The position numbers and the translations under genes were made by a program. The notes beneath the pieces were generated by a model. The model worked only from the letters and a program-made list of their open reading frames with translations, had not been told where the DNA came from and searched no databases. Below, one piece after another: positions 37,493 through 45,128 of a stretch of DNA of 45,128 bases. Location of the stretch: the IMG/VR virus record IMGVR_UViG_3300022178_003255, positions 1 through 45,128 of that record; one strand, 5' to 3'. Position 1 is the first letter of the stretch. Every line of letters begins with the position of its first letter. The stretch comes from a virus (taxonomy: Duplodnaviria; Caudoviricetes).

Positions 37493-39361
37493 ATGAAAAA
37501 ACTACTACTACTATTATTATTACCGATATTTAGCTTCGCACAAAACTGTGTGCCAACTACTATTATCATTAACCTTGATCAATATCAAGGCGAAACATAT
37601 TGGACTATAGAAGATACTAGTGGTAACATGCTTACCTATGGTACTAATTATGGCTCTCAGCCTGATTATGCTTCTGTTGTAGAGCAAAGATGTTTACCTC
37701 AAGGAGATTTAACATTTACAATATATGACACTTATGGAGATGGTTTAAACGGTGCTTTATGGGGTGGTTTAGATGGGTCTTATTACTTAGTACAGTGTAA
37801 TGACACCTTGATATATGGTACGGATGCTGCTTTTGGTAACGACTCAATACACGTATTTGTATCTGATGCTTGTCCACCCGTCATGGGGTGCATGGATCCA
37901 GCTTATGTAGAGTTTAGTCCTTTAGCTGATACAGACGATGGTTCATGTAACACTTTAAAAATATTTGGTTGTACTGATTCAACTATGTACAACTACGATG
38001 CTAACGCAAACACAATGGCTTTAATACCTAATTGTGATTACGTTTTAACTTTATATGATTTAATAGGTGATGGTTGGGTAGGTTCGTATTTAGAAGTAAC
38101 ACAAGATACCAATGTGTATCAATTTTGGATAGACACAGCTGCTTATACACAAGACTTTATTATTAATTTAAAATCACCTATGCCTGTTGAGTTTAGATTT
38201 TATGTAACATCACAGGCACAACTAACTACACCGCATTGTGGGTTTAAACTAACTAATCCACTTGGTAACACTATAATAGAAGTGTTACCACCGTTTATAC
38301 AACCTATGTATAAATACAAAACACCTACATATTGTGGTAACTTATGTATTGAAAAGACTTTTGGTTGCATGGACTCTCTAGCTGTTAACTATATAGACTC
38401 TGTAAATACTGATGATGGTAGTTGTTATTATCTACCTGGTTGTAATAACTCTTCTTACTTAGAATATTACACTCAAGGGTTTACAGCTGACTATAACAAT
38501 GGTGACTGTCAAACAGAAGCTATTTGGGGTTGTACAGATTCTACAGCATTTAACTATGATATAATAGCAAACATCGACAATGGTGGTTGTATACCTGTTA
38601 TATTAGGATGTATGGAATCTTTAGCGTTCAACTTTAATCCACTAGCAAATACACCAGACACTTGCGTTCCATTGATATACGGTTGCACAGACCCAACTAT
38701 GTTTAATTTTAGCGTTATTGCTAATACAGACGACGGTGGTTGTGAACCTTATATTTTTGGATGTACAGACTCAATAATGTTTAATTATAACCCTTTAGCA
38801 AATAGTGATAATAGTTCTTGTATACCTTTTATATCTGGCTGCACGGATCCTTCTATGCTCAATTACAATCCATCGGCAAACACAGAGGATTTTAGTTGTA
38901 TTGCTTATATTTATGGGTGTATGGATAGTACCGCTCTTAACTTTGATCCACTTGCTAACACGGATAACAACTCATGCGTTGAGGTCATTATGGGTTGCAT
39001 GGATCCAAATGCGTATAACTATGAATCAATTGCTAATGTTAACGACTCTGTATCTTGTTTGTATGACGCTAATTGTTTTACTGGTCCTGGGATCCCTTAT
39101 TGGTTAAATGACGAGTGCTATGCTTGGGTTATTTCGGTAGATGATTACTGTTGCGAAAACGAATGGGATACAATATGTCAAGCAACTTACGATTACTGTG
39201 ACGGTACTTGGGTTGGACCACTATTAACTAGAGTACAAGCAGAAAAAGAACTAATAATGATCACTGATTTATTAGGTAGACCAACAAAAGAAATAAAAAA
39301 TCAACTTCTATTTTACATTTATAGTAATGGAAAAGTAGAAAAAAAATTAATCAAACAATAA
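37493..39361 (+). CDS. Secreted Cys-repeat surface protein with a T9SS-like C-terminal sorting domain
   Basis: Likely start MKKLLLLLLLPIFSFAQ (signal peptide, Gln at +1); two DxxGDG beta-domains; about 11 GCxD..NY..DDGSC repeats; C-terminus ITDLLGRPTKEIKNQLLFYIYSNGKVEKKLIKQ. Confidence 0.75.
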   Translation: MKKLLLLLLLPIFSFAQNCVPTTIIINLDQYQGETYWTIEDTSGNMLTYGTNYGSQPDYASVVEQRCLPQGDLTFTIYDTYGDGLNGALWGGLDGSYYLVQCNDTLIYGTDAAFGNDSIHVFVSDACPPVMGCMDPAYVEFSPLADTDDGSCNTLKIFGCTDSTMYNYDANANTMALIPNCDYVLTLYDLIGDGWVGSYLEVTQDTNVYQFWIDTAAYTQDFIINLKSPMPVEFRFYVTSQAQLTTPHCGFKLTNPLGNTIIEVLPPFIQPMYKYKTPTYCGNLCIEKTFGCMDSLAVNYIDSVNTDDGSCYYLPGCNNSSYLEYYTQGFTADYNNGDCQTEAIWGCTDSTAFNYDIIANIDNGGCIPVILGCMESLAFNFNPLANTPDTCVPLIYGCTDPTMFNFSVIANTDDGGCEPYIFGCTDSIMFNYNPLANSDNSSCIPFISGCTDPSMLNYNPSANTEDFSCIAYIYGCMDSTALNFDPLANTDNNSCVEVIMGCMDPNAYNYESIANVNDSVSCLYDANCFTGPGIPYWLNDECYAWVISVDDYCCENEWDTICQATYDYCDGTWVGPLLTRVQAEKELIMITDLLGRPTKEIKNQLLFYIYSNGKVEKKLIKQ

Positions 39362-39380
39362 TAATTAAAAAAGTAAAAAA

Positions 39381-39797
39381 ATGGCAACAACAACAGCGAC
39401 ATTAACGCTTTCTAGTACTGACTTGCTTTCCGACTCGTTGTCTGTGTCAGCAACTCAAACGCTTTATAAAGCAGGAACAACAACAGGTTTAGATGGTATT
39501 CAATATGAGAGGTTAGAAGTACCAACGGGAGACGTATACGATATAGTAGATGCCACTGCCGGAGGAGCAAATAAAGCTAACAAGATATACATAGCTAACA
39601 AAAACACAACAGAAACTAATTACGTAGACGTTTATGTAGCGGCTTTAAACATCGGTAGATTATATGCTGGCGATTGGATGTTTATTCCTTTAGAAGCAGC
39701 TGCAGCTACTCAAGACGTAGGAGTGGAAGCTATTGGCGCAGCTCAACATATTGAGTTTGCTCTAATACACGAGGGGAAAACTTTAGTAGCATCTTAA
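39381..39797 (+). CDS. Small beta-rich putative virion protein, paralog 1
   Basis: MATTTATLTLSS...AGTTTG...KIYIAN...GRLYAGDWMFIP, shared with the next gene. Confidence 0.6.
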   Translation: MATTTATLTLSSTDLLSDSLSVSATQTLYKAGTTTGLDGIQYERLEVPTGDVYDIVDATAGGANKANKIYIANKNTTETNYVDVYVAALNIGRLYAGDWMFIPLEAAAATQDVGVEAIGAAQHIEFALIHEGKTLVAS

Positions 39798-39823
39798 TAA
39801 TAACGATAAATAAATAAATAAAT

Positions 39824-40243
39824 ATGGCAACAACAACAGCAACAATAACATTAGCAAGCTCTGACATAGCTGATAACTCGTTATCTATTTCTAACACGAT
39901 GACAATGACTACAGCGGGAACTACTACTGGTATTACAGAAACAACAGGTTTAGCTAGAAAAAAAGTGGCTAGCGCTTCGTTAGCAGACTTAATTACAGTA
40001 GCTAACACAGACGTTACAGCTGCTAAATCAGCTAAGGTATACATCAAAAACACTGGTACAGCTACAGATAAATATGGTTTAATAGGTATTGGAGATTCTA
40101 GTGGTACACCTATATATCTTGGTAGATTATACGGTGGAGATTGGATGTTATTTCCTTGGGATGCAAATTCAGGAGAAGATATTACTTTAACAATGAGTGA
40201 CGCAACTGAGACTGTAATCGAATATATGGTATTCTTTGAATAA
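39824..40243 (+). CDS. Small beta-rich putative virion protein, paralog 2
   Basis: MATTTATITLAS...AGTTTG...KVYIKN...GRLYGGDWMLFP. Confidence 0.6.
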   Translation: MATTTATITLASSDIADNSLSISNTMTMTTAGTTTGITETTGLARKKVASASLADLITVANTDVTAAKSAKVYIKNTGTATDKYGLIGIGDSSGTPIYLGRLYGGDWMLFPWDANSGEDITLTMSDATETVIEYMVFFE

Positions 40244-40245
40244 TA

Positions 40246-40542
40246 ATGGCTCAATATTTTAATATAACAGGAGCTTTAACACAAGAACTAATAGCAGCTG
40301 GAAGTAATGTTACCGTGTCATCTATATGGTTGACTAACGTACATGCTTCCGACGCTGTTACTGTGGACTTGTATTTGGAGAAAAAGTTAACAGGTAAGTT
40401 CTATATTACAAAAGCAAAATCAATAGCTGTCGCTAATTATTTACTATTAGAAAAAATAGGTTTTAACAATAAGTCTGAAGAGTTTGGATTATATATAAAG
40501 CTCAACGCCTCGGATAGCGCAGTAGATGTAATAATTAAATAA
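40246..40542 (+). CDS. Small beta-rich hypothetical protein, possibly structural
   Basis: SIWLTNVHASDAVTVDLY pattern seen in small phage beta-sandwich proteins. Confidence 0.5.
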   Translation: MAQYFNITGALTQELIAAGSNVTVSSIWLTNVHASDAVTVDLYLEKKLTGKFYITKAKSIAVANYLLLEKIGFNNKSEEFGLYIKLNASDSAVDVIIK

Positions 40543-40548
40543 TATAAA

Positions 40549-41013
40549 ATGAAATTAAAAGTAATTAGATTTAGTAGTCAAAAGGATTCAACAAGTGGAT
40601 TGTTATTTGACATAACAGACGGGACAAAGTTTCTTTGTTACACGTTAGAAGATGAACGTAGGGAAGAAAAGGTAATGGCTGAGACTCGTATACCAGCCGG
40701 AGTGTATAGCATATTACTTCGTAAGGAAGGTGGCTTTCACGGTAGGTATACTAAAAAGTATGGAGACATGCATAAAGGAATGTTACACGTTCAAGATGTA
40801 CCTAATTTTAAATGGATACTAATACACACGGGTAATACTGATGAGCACACTGCCGGTTGTTTAATACTAGGTGATTCACAAGAAAATAATGTATTAATGA
40901 AAGATGGCTTTATAGGTAGATCAGTTCAAGCTTATAAGCGTGTGTATCCACCAATAGCAGAAGCCTTAGAAAATGGTGAAGAGGTAACGATTGAATATAT
41001 TGATTTAGATTAG
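40549..41013 (+). CDS. DUF5675-like protein (L,D-transpeptidase-like His/Cys motif), candidate cell-wall enzyme
   Basis: CYTLED...RIPAGVY...VPNFKWILIHTGNTDEHTAGCLILG. Confidence 0.75.
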   Translation: MKLKVIRFSSQKDSTSGLLFDITDGTKFLCYTLEDERREEKVMAETRIPAGVYSILLRKEGGFHGRYTKKYGDMHKGMLHVQDVPNFKWILIHTGNTDEHTAGCLILGDSQENNVLMKDGFIGRSVQAYKRVYPPIAEALENGEEVTIEYIDLD

Positions 41014-41026
41014 TATATTTATATAT

Positions 41027-41063
41027 AAAAAAAAGGGGATAACTTTCGTTGTCCCCTTTATTA
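41027..41063. terminator. Bidirectional intrinsic terminator between convergent arms
   Basis: A8-ggggataac-tttc-gttgtcccc-tttatta: hairpin flanked by A and T tracts. Confidence 0.85.
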
Positions 41064-41065
41064 AT

Positions 41066-41254
41066 TTAAAACTGTTTGTTCTTTTGATCTTGAACTTCAA
41101 CTCTAATATCTTGAGCCATTTTCTTAATCATCTGCATAGCTTTTCTAACCCGTGTTCCTGCTGAGTTGTTTCCTTCTATAAATTTAGTTACATCAGATTG
41201 ACAGTCATTTATTACGTTTTGTAGTTCATCGAACTCGTTATACAATTTATTCAT
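41066..41254 (-). CDS. Histone H1-like Hc1-family small protein (Bacteroidota type)
   Basis: KFIEGNNSAGTRVRKAMQMIKKMAQDIRVEV matches the GNxxAGTRxRK helical hairpin signature. Confidence 0.75.
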   Translation of the reverse strand: MNKLYNEFDELQNVINDCQSDVTKFIEGNNSAGTRVRKAMQMIKKMAQDIRVEVQDQKNKQF

Positions 41255-41268
41255 TTTATTTAATTTAA

Positions 41269-43143
41269 TTATAAGCTTGATATTTCACAAGAACCACCGG
41301 CGCAAGCTAATTCACCTGATAGATCTGTTTCGTCAGTTGTTTCAACAATCATAGATAAATCTACATCGTTTAAGAGTTTGACTCTCTTATTAAACTCATC
41401 TTCGGTTATATCCTCAAACGGAGCTTGAGTATATGTTCCACCGTCGTAAGGTAGAACTGATAAACCGTTATAACACTCTCTGTTATCCCACATCCATTTT
41501 CCAGCTTTATCCCATTCATCTTCTTTTAAACTAATTGTTGCAGACACGTTGTGAGTGTTAGATCCTTTTCTGTGACCTGGTTTCACCCATTCGGTAGCAA
41601 CTTTTTTAACTCTCTTGAGTAAGTCAAAAGCAGACTCAGTTCTCATTATAGAACCTTTCGGTGCTGATTGTGGTATTTCGATAACAGCGGTATCGTGTGG
41701 TCTAAAGTATTCGTCTTGTACTAGGTCAGGATTGTGAGCCAATAAGTACTTGTAAATCGGCTCATTTTTCCCTACACGCAGTCTACGGATGTAGAAATCA
41801 TTATGCCAAGCATGAATACCAGATGATGTTCCAAGTACCAGAGATGTCGTCCCTGCAGGCTTCACACACGTTGTACGCGCAGCCTTGTTTATTCCTATAA
41901 GTTTTGCAACTCTAGAATTTTCACGTTTAACTACATCAGCGGCTTTAGCCATATCCATCTTCAAGACTTTCTTAGACGCAATACCTGTCATTGACACGCC
42001 AACTAAAGCATCCTTTTCAGTTGTCTCTTGCCATATTTCTCTTAGATAGTGGAATTCCGTATAACCTGCTTGTAGCGTACCTATGAAAGATGCGGCCTTA
42101 ACTCTATCGTTAAGATCTTCCTGGCTCGTGACGTCACTTACATTAACTTCGCACAAGTTACAAAACTGATATGGCCTTAACGCAATTTCACAACATGGAT
42201 TAGTTCCCCAATCTTTATCGTGATTAAAGTATATGCCAGGCTCACCAGCTCCGGATAATTCAATACGTTTCCACAAATCTAAGAAAAATTCTTTAGTTAT
42301 TTTATGTCTCATTAATACAGCTGAATTGTTGGCTCTTCCTCGTTGAGGGTTTGATTCCCACCAATCACCTGATTTACTTGAGATCATTTCTTCATCGTAC
42401 GCCGAGAACAACGATATTAATGCAGCACGGCGAATACCACCAGCAAGCACAGCGTCAGCAATGTGACACACAATATCGTGAACTTCAAGTGTTGATAATT
42501 TTCTCCCATCTTCTTTGTTTTCTAATATTCCTTTAATTTTTACTAAACATTCTTTTAATGGTTGTGGCCCTGGAGCTTTTCCTCCTGAGGTCACAAGTCT
42601 TGCGCCCTTTGGTCTAATATCAGAATAATCAAACTTTATCTTAGATGATCTCTTAGAGCCTAAATAAGACTTAATTAAAACCTTTATCGCGTCTGACCAA
42701 CCTTCAATACTATCACCAATAACAAATCTGCGCGTTCTACCTTGAAATGGTTTTGTTATTTCAGGGAGTACGTTGACATGGTGTTTTTGAACTGAGTAAC
42801 CAACTCCGCAACCAGAGAGTAGCAGAAACATACATTCACTAAAGCAATCAACGTGATCAATAGGTAAGTAAGAACAATTGTATAACCTGTTAGGACTGAT
42901 TTCAATCGGCTTACCGCTAAACTGAAGGCTTCGCATACTTGGTAAAACTTTTTTCTCATAAACATATTGATAATTTAATTGTATTTGATCTGCTAGCTCA
43001 GGGTATCTTTTCTGATGCATCTCTTTATTCCTCGTGACTAGTTCCTCCCAAGTTTCCCTTCTGTTTAACTCGGGTATAAACTTAGCATACTTCATGTGGA
43101 CTGTAAGATCCGAAAGTATCTTTTTGTTTAAATCATTAGGCAT
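41269..43143 (-). CDS. nrdJ: Class II (adenosylcobalamin-dependent) ribonucleotide reductase, monomeric RTPR-like
   Basis: RRETWEE, NCSY, GGIRRAALI, TNPCCEI, CNLCEVN, TCVKPAGTTS, C-terminal CAGGSC; no beta subunit adjacent. Confidence 0.9.
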   Translation of the reverse strand: MPNDLNKKILSDLTVHMKYAKFIPELNRRETWEELVTRNKEMHQKRYPELADQIQLNYQYVYEKKVLPSMRSLQFSGKPIEISPNRLYNCSYLPIDHVDCFSECMFLLLSGCGVGYSVQKHHVNVLPEITKPFQGRTRRFVIGDSIEGWSDAIKVLIKSYLGSKRSSKIKFDYSDIRPKGARLVTSGGKAPGPQPLKECLVKIKGILENKEDGRKLSTLEVHDIVCHIADAVLAGGIRRAALISLFSAYDEEMISSKSGDWWESNPQRGRANNSAVLMRHKITKEFFLDLWKRIELSGAGEPGIYFNHDKDWGTNPCCEIALRPYQFCNLCEVNVSDVTSQEDLNDRVKAASFIGTLQAGYTEFHYLREIWQETTEKDALVGVSMTGIASKKVLKMDMAKAADVVKRENSRVAKLIGINKAARTTCVKPAGTTSLVLGTSSGIHAWHNDFYIRRLRVGKNEPIYKYLLAHNPDLVQDEYFRPHDTAVIEIPQSAPKGSIMRTESAFDLLKRVKKVATEWVKPGHRKGSNTHNVSATISLKEDEWDKAGKWMWDNRECYNGLSVLPYDGGTYTQAPFEDITEDEFNKRVKLLNDVDLSMIVETTDETDLSGELACAGGSCEISSL

Positions 43144-43273
43144 TGTGCGTTGTCAGGCAAACGTCTACAAAAGGTATGTACAACACGTGATTATTTTTAT
43201 TTACTTCATTATAGGTTCTAAAACCTAAACATATTCCCGGGTAAAACCCGAAACTTAATTCCCATTTCTTCAT
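43136..43273 (-). CDS. 45-aa hypothetical protein (not in the ORF track)
   Basis: MKKWELSFGFYPGICLGFRTYNEVNKNNHVLYIPFVDVCLTTHNA*; ATGA overlap with the upstream nuclease and 8-nt overlap with the nrdJ start. Confidence 0.7.
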   Translation of the reverse strand: MKKWELSFGFYPGICLGFRTYNEVNKNNHVLYIPFVDVCLTTHNA

Positions 43274-43725
43274 TTTTGTTTTCTTTTTGTTAATATTAAT
43301 TCTACTACTTTATCACATTCCTTTTGGTTCTGAGGTTTATATAAAGTTACATGTGGATGTTGCTCTTTTACTAATTGTTTGAACATTTTCCATCTCATAG
43401 GGAAACTTTCGTTAGCCCTACCTTTTGTCTCTATAATAAACTCATTCATGTCTATAAAATCAGGTGTGTATCTTATTGGTTGTATTTTCTTACAACCTCT
43501 ATTTACCATATCACCCTTACCATTTGACTGACGTTCGTACGATTCATTTTCAAAGTTAAATCCTTCTTGCAAAACAAATGTATGACCTTCGTACTCAGAC
43601 TTTATCTTAGCTTTTTTCAAAGCTATATACATGTATTTCTCTAAACCAGAGGCAAATGTGATCCCGTCAAAAGTAACTTTTTTACTTCTGACAGGACCTT
43701 TCTTTCTACTATATTTCTTTCTCAC
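43270..43725 (-). CDS. PD-(D/E)xK endonuclease, T7 endonuclease I/DUF1064-like
   Basis: DGITFASGLE ... YTPDF ... IIETKG. Confidence 0.8.
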   Translation of the reverse strand: MRKKYSRKKGPVRSKKVTFDGITFASGLEKYMYIALKKAKIKSEYEGHTFVLQEGFNFENESYERQSNGKGDMVNRGCKKIQPIRYTPDFIDMNEFIIETKGRANESFPMRWKMFKQLVKEQHPHVTLYKPQNQKECDKVVELILTKRKQK

Positions 43726-43981
43726 GGTCTTCTAGCTCTTCACGTGCGGCTTGTATGTATAGCACAGCATCCATTAATTCCTCTTGTATATCGTTAAGAT
43801 ATCCAGCTAGGTTTTTAAACTTACCTCTACGTTCGTCATCTAATGTTCTACCGTATTTTTCATAACCAATATCTGATCTTGATACAAACTTAGTAACTAC
43901 GTGTTTAACAACTGGATCTCTAAAACCAATTGTCTTACGTTCTATGCCATTTCTAGCATCCATAATCTCTCTACTACTCAT
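43709..43981 (-). CDS. Small MazG-fold/all-alpha NTP pyrophosphatase-like protein
   Basis: RSDIGYEKYG ... IQEELMDAVLYI acidic helix motif. Confidence 0.65.
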   Translation of the reverse strand: MSSREIMDARNGIERKTIGFRDPVVKHVVTKFVSRSDIGYEKYGRTLDDERRGKFKNLAGYLNDIQEELMDAVLYIQAAREELEDREKEI

Positions 43982-43982
43982 A

Positions 43983-44930
43983 TTAATCTTTTTTATAAGT
44001 TCCGTTAACCATTTTACCTTTTCTGTTTTTGATCTCTTGATATGCAGCGTCTATGCAGGCTTCAATTGATACACCTTGTAGTTCAGCTAGATTAGTAAGT
44101 ACAACTACACAATCGCCAATACCGTCAATAACTTCATCAAAGTCTTCTTTTAGTATAGCTCTACAAGTCTCGCCAACTTCTTCAACTAGTTTTAATGCTT
44201 GTGTTTTTGTATCACCATTTTCATACAAACCTCTCTCATCAGCCCAAGCTCTAATCAAATCAAATTGAGATGGCTCAAGATGTTTATTTATTCTTTTTGA
44301 GAACTGTGGCTCACAAGTGCAAGGGTTATATTCATCACAGCATTCAACCGGCATATCGTAATCCTCTGGATTGCGATCGTGGTACTCTTTCATTCCAGTT
44401 GGAGATAAACCACCAGCTAATGTTTTACCATTGTATTGATCTCTTCCATTTGAAGGATAGTCGTGTGTTTGGTGGTTGTCATAAAACCTAGCAAACGCTT
44501 TGTTATATACGTATGACCTTTGCTTGTTAAACATAGATGTTTTTACATTAGACATTATCCATTTAATTGAGTATTCATTGATAAAAAATACACCGTGATC
44601 TGTCTCCCACGTCATACCTATATTATCCATTAGTTGCCCTTTCAGTTTGTTAACTGGACAGGGAAACGTTGTTGTTTGTTCTGTTACGTTTATCTTCATA
44701 TTTAATTTATTTTTATTACAATTTAATTTATTGTATGGTATTTGGTCTACTTTGTAACCGAAAGCTTTTTGCATTATTATCTCGCCTTCAGAAATAAAAT
44801 CTATATCATCAGATGATTCGATTATCTCGTATTCGCCAGGACCATAACCCTGTTGATCTTCTACTCTACGTTTAAGGTCTGTTGTTACGCCAACCTTTTT
44901 GCCTGGTATGTGATATAAATAGTATGTCAT
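43983..44930 (-). CDS. MazG-like nucleotide pyrophosphohydrolase fused to an N-terminal GIY-YIG-like segment
   Basis: C-terminus WADERGL..QALKLVEEVGE..DGIGDCVVVL..AYQEIKNRKGKMVNGTYKK; N-terminus YYLYHIPGKKVGVTTDLKRRV. Confidence 0.8.
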   Translation of the reverse strand: MTYYLYHIPGKKVGVTTDLKRRVEDQQGYGPGEYEIIESSDDIDFISEGEIIMQKAFGYKVDQIPYNKLNCNKNKLNMKINVTEQTTTFPCPVNKLKGQLMDNIGMTWETDHGVFFINEYSIKWIMSNVKTSMFNKQRSYVYNKAFARFYDNHQTHDYPSNGRDQYNGKTLAGGLSPTGMKEYHDRNPEDYDMPVECCDEYNPCTCEPQFSKRINKHLEPSQFDLIRAWADERGLYENGDTKTQALKLVEEVGETCRAILKEDFDEVIDGIGDCVVVLTNLAELQGVSIEACIDAAYQEIKNRKGKMVNGTYKKD

Positions 44931-45127
44931 ATCTTATCGTTGTATAAGTGCATATTGTGTGCAAAGTGATAGTAAACACCAGTCTCAATCTCTAGCCTAT
45001 CAGAGACCATCTCTTGCAGTTTAGAGAATTGATATTGATCATTACAAAAACCGTACCAAAGATCGTTAGATCGCATCGTAACACACATATCGAGCCTGTT
45101 ATTGACAATTGTAAACTGTACGGCATA
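44927..45127 (-). CDS. Thymidylate synthase-superfamily enzyme, 3' fragment, dCMP hydroxymethylase-like signature
   Basis: Manual translation ...YAVQFTIVNNRLDMCVTMRSNDLWYGFCNDQYQFSKLQEMVSDRLEIETGVYYHFAHNMHLYNDKI*; truncated by the window end; ATGA overlap with the next gene. Confidence 0.85.
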   Translation of the reverse strand, partial: YAVQFTIVNNRLDMCVTMRSNDLWYGFCNDQYQFSKLQEMVSDRLEIETGVYYHFAHNMHLYNDKI

Positions 45128-45128
45128 A

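Noticed and set aside
1-45128. Stop-codon reassignment as in some crAss-like phages
   Set aside because: Genes are long and tightly packed under the standard code; TAG ends genes at 4935, 10357, 23152 and 41013, and TGA ends genes at 43270 and 44927.
1-45128. tRNA/rRNA genes, integrase, introns or inteins
   Set aside because: Intergenic gaps are too short for RNA genes; no integrase motifs; terL and nrdJ are uninterrupted and show no intein motifs.

Overview
The window is about 45 kb of an AT-rich tailed dsDNA phage genome. It is most likely a podovirus-type phage of Bacteroidota/Flavobacteriia with a crAss-related structural gene order; host and taxonomy are inferred from protein families and from AT-rich, Shine-Dalgarno-free starts. 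The + strand (24-41013) carries terminase small/large, portal, a scaffold-like protein, major capsid, tail ring/adaptor proteins, a 3022-aa tail protein with Cys-rich repeats and FN3-like domains, and putative ejection proteins. One of these is a 3180-aa polyvalent protein with a zincin HExxH motif, a sigma-70-like segment, a HAD phosphatase containing an inserted zeta-toxin-like P-loop kinase, and two C-terminal CCCH fingers. Next comes a cluster of cell-envelope-type genes (outer-membrane barrel-like, thioredoxin-fold, small membrane proteins, and a secreted repeat protein with a T9SS-like C-terminus), tandem paralogous small proteins and a DUF5675-like enzyme. The - strand (41066-45128) converges on a bidirectional terminator. 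It encodes an Hc1-like protein, a class II ribonucleotide reductase, an endonuclease, two MazG-fold proteins and the 3' end of a thymidylate-synthase-family enzyme with the Asp signature of dCMP hydroxymethylases. All assignments come from motifs read by eye; no database search was run.
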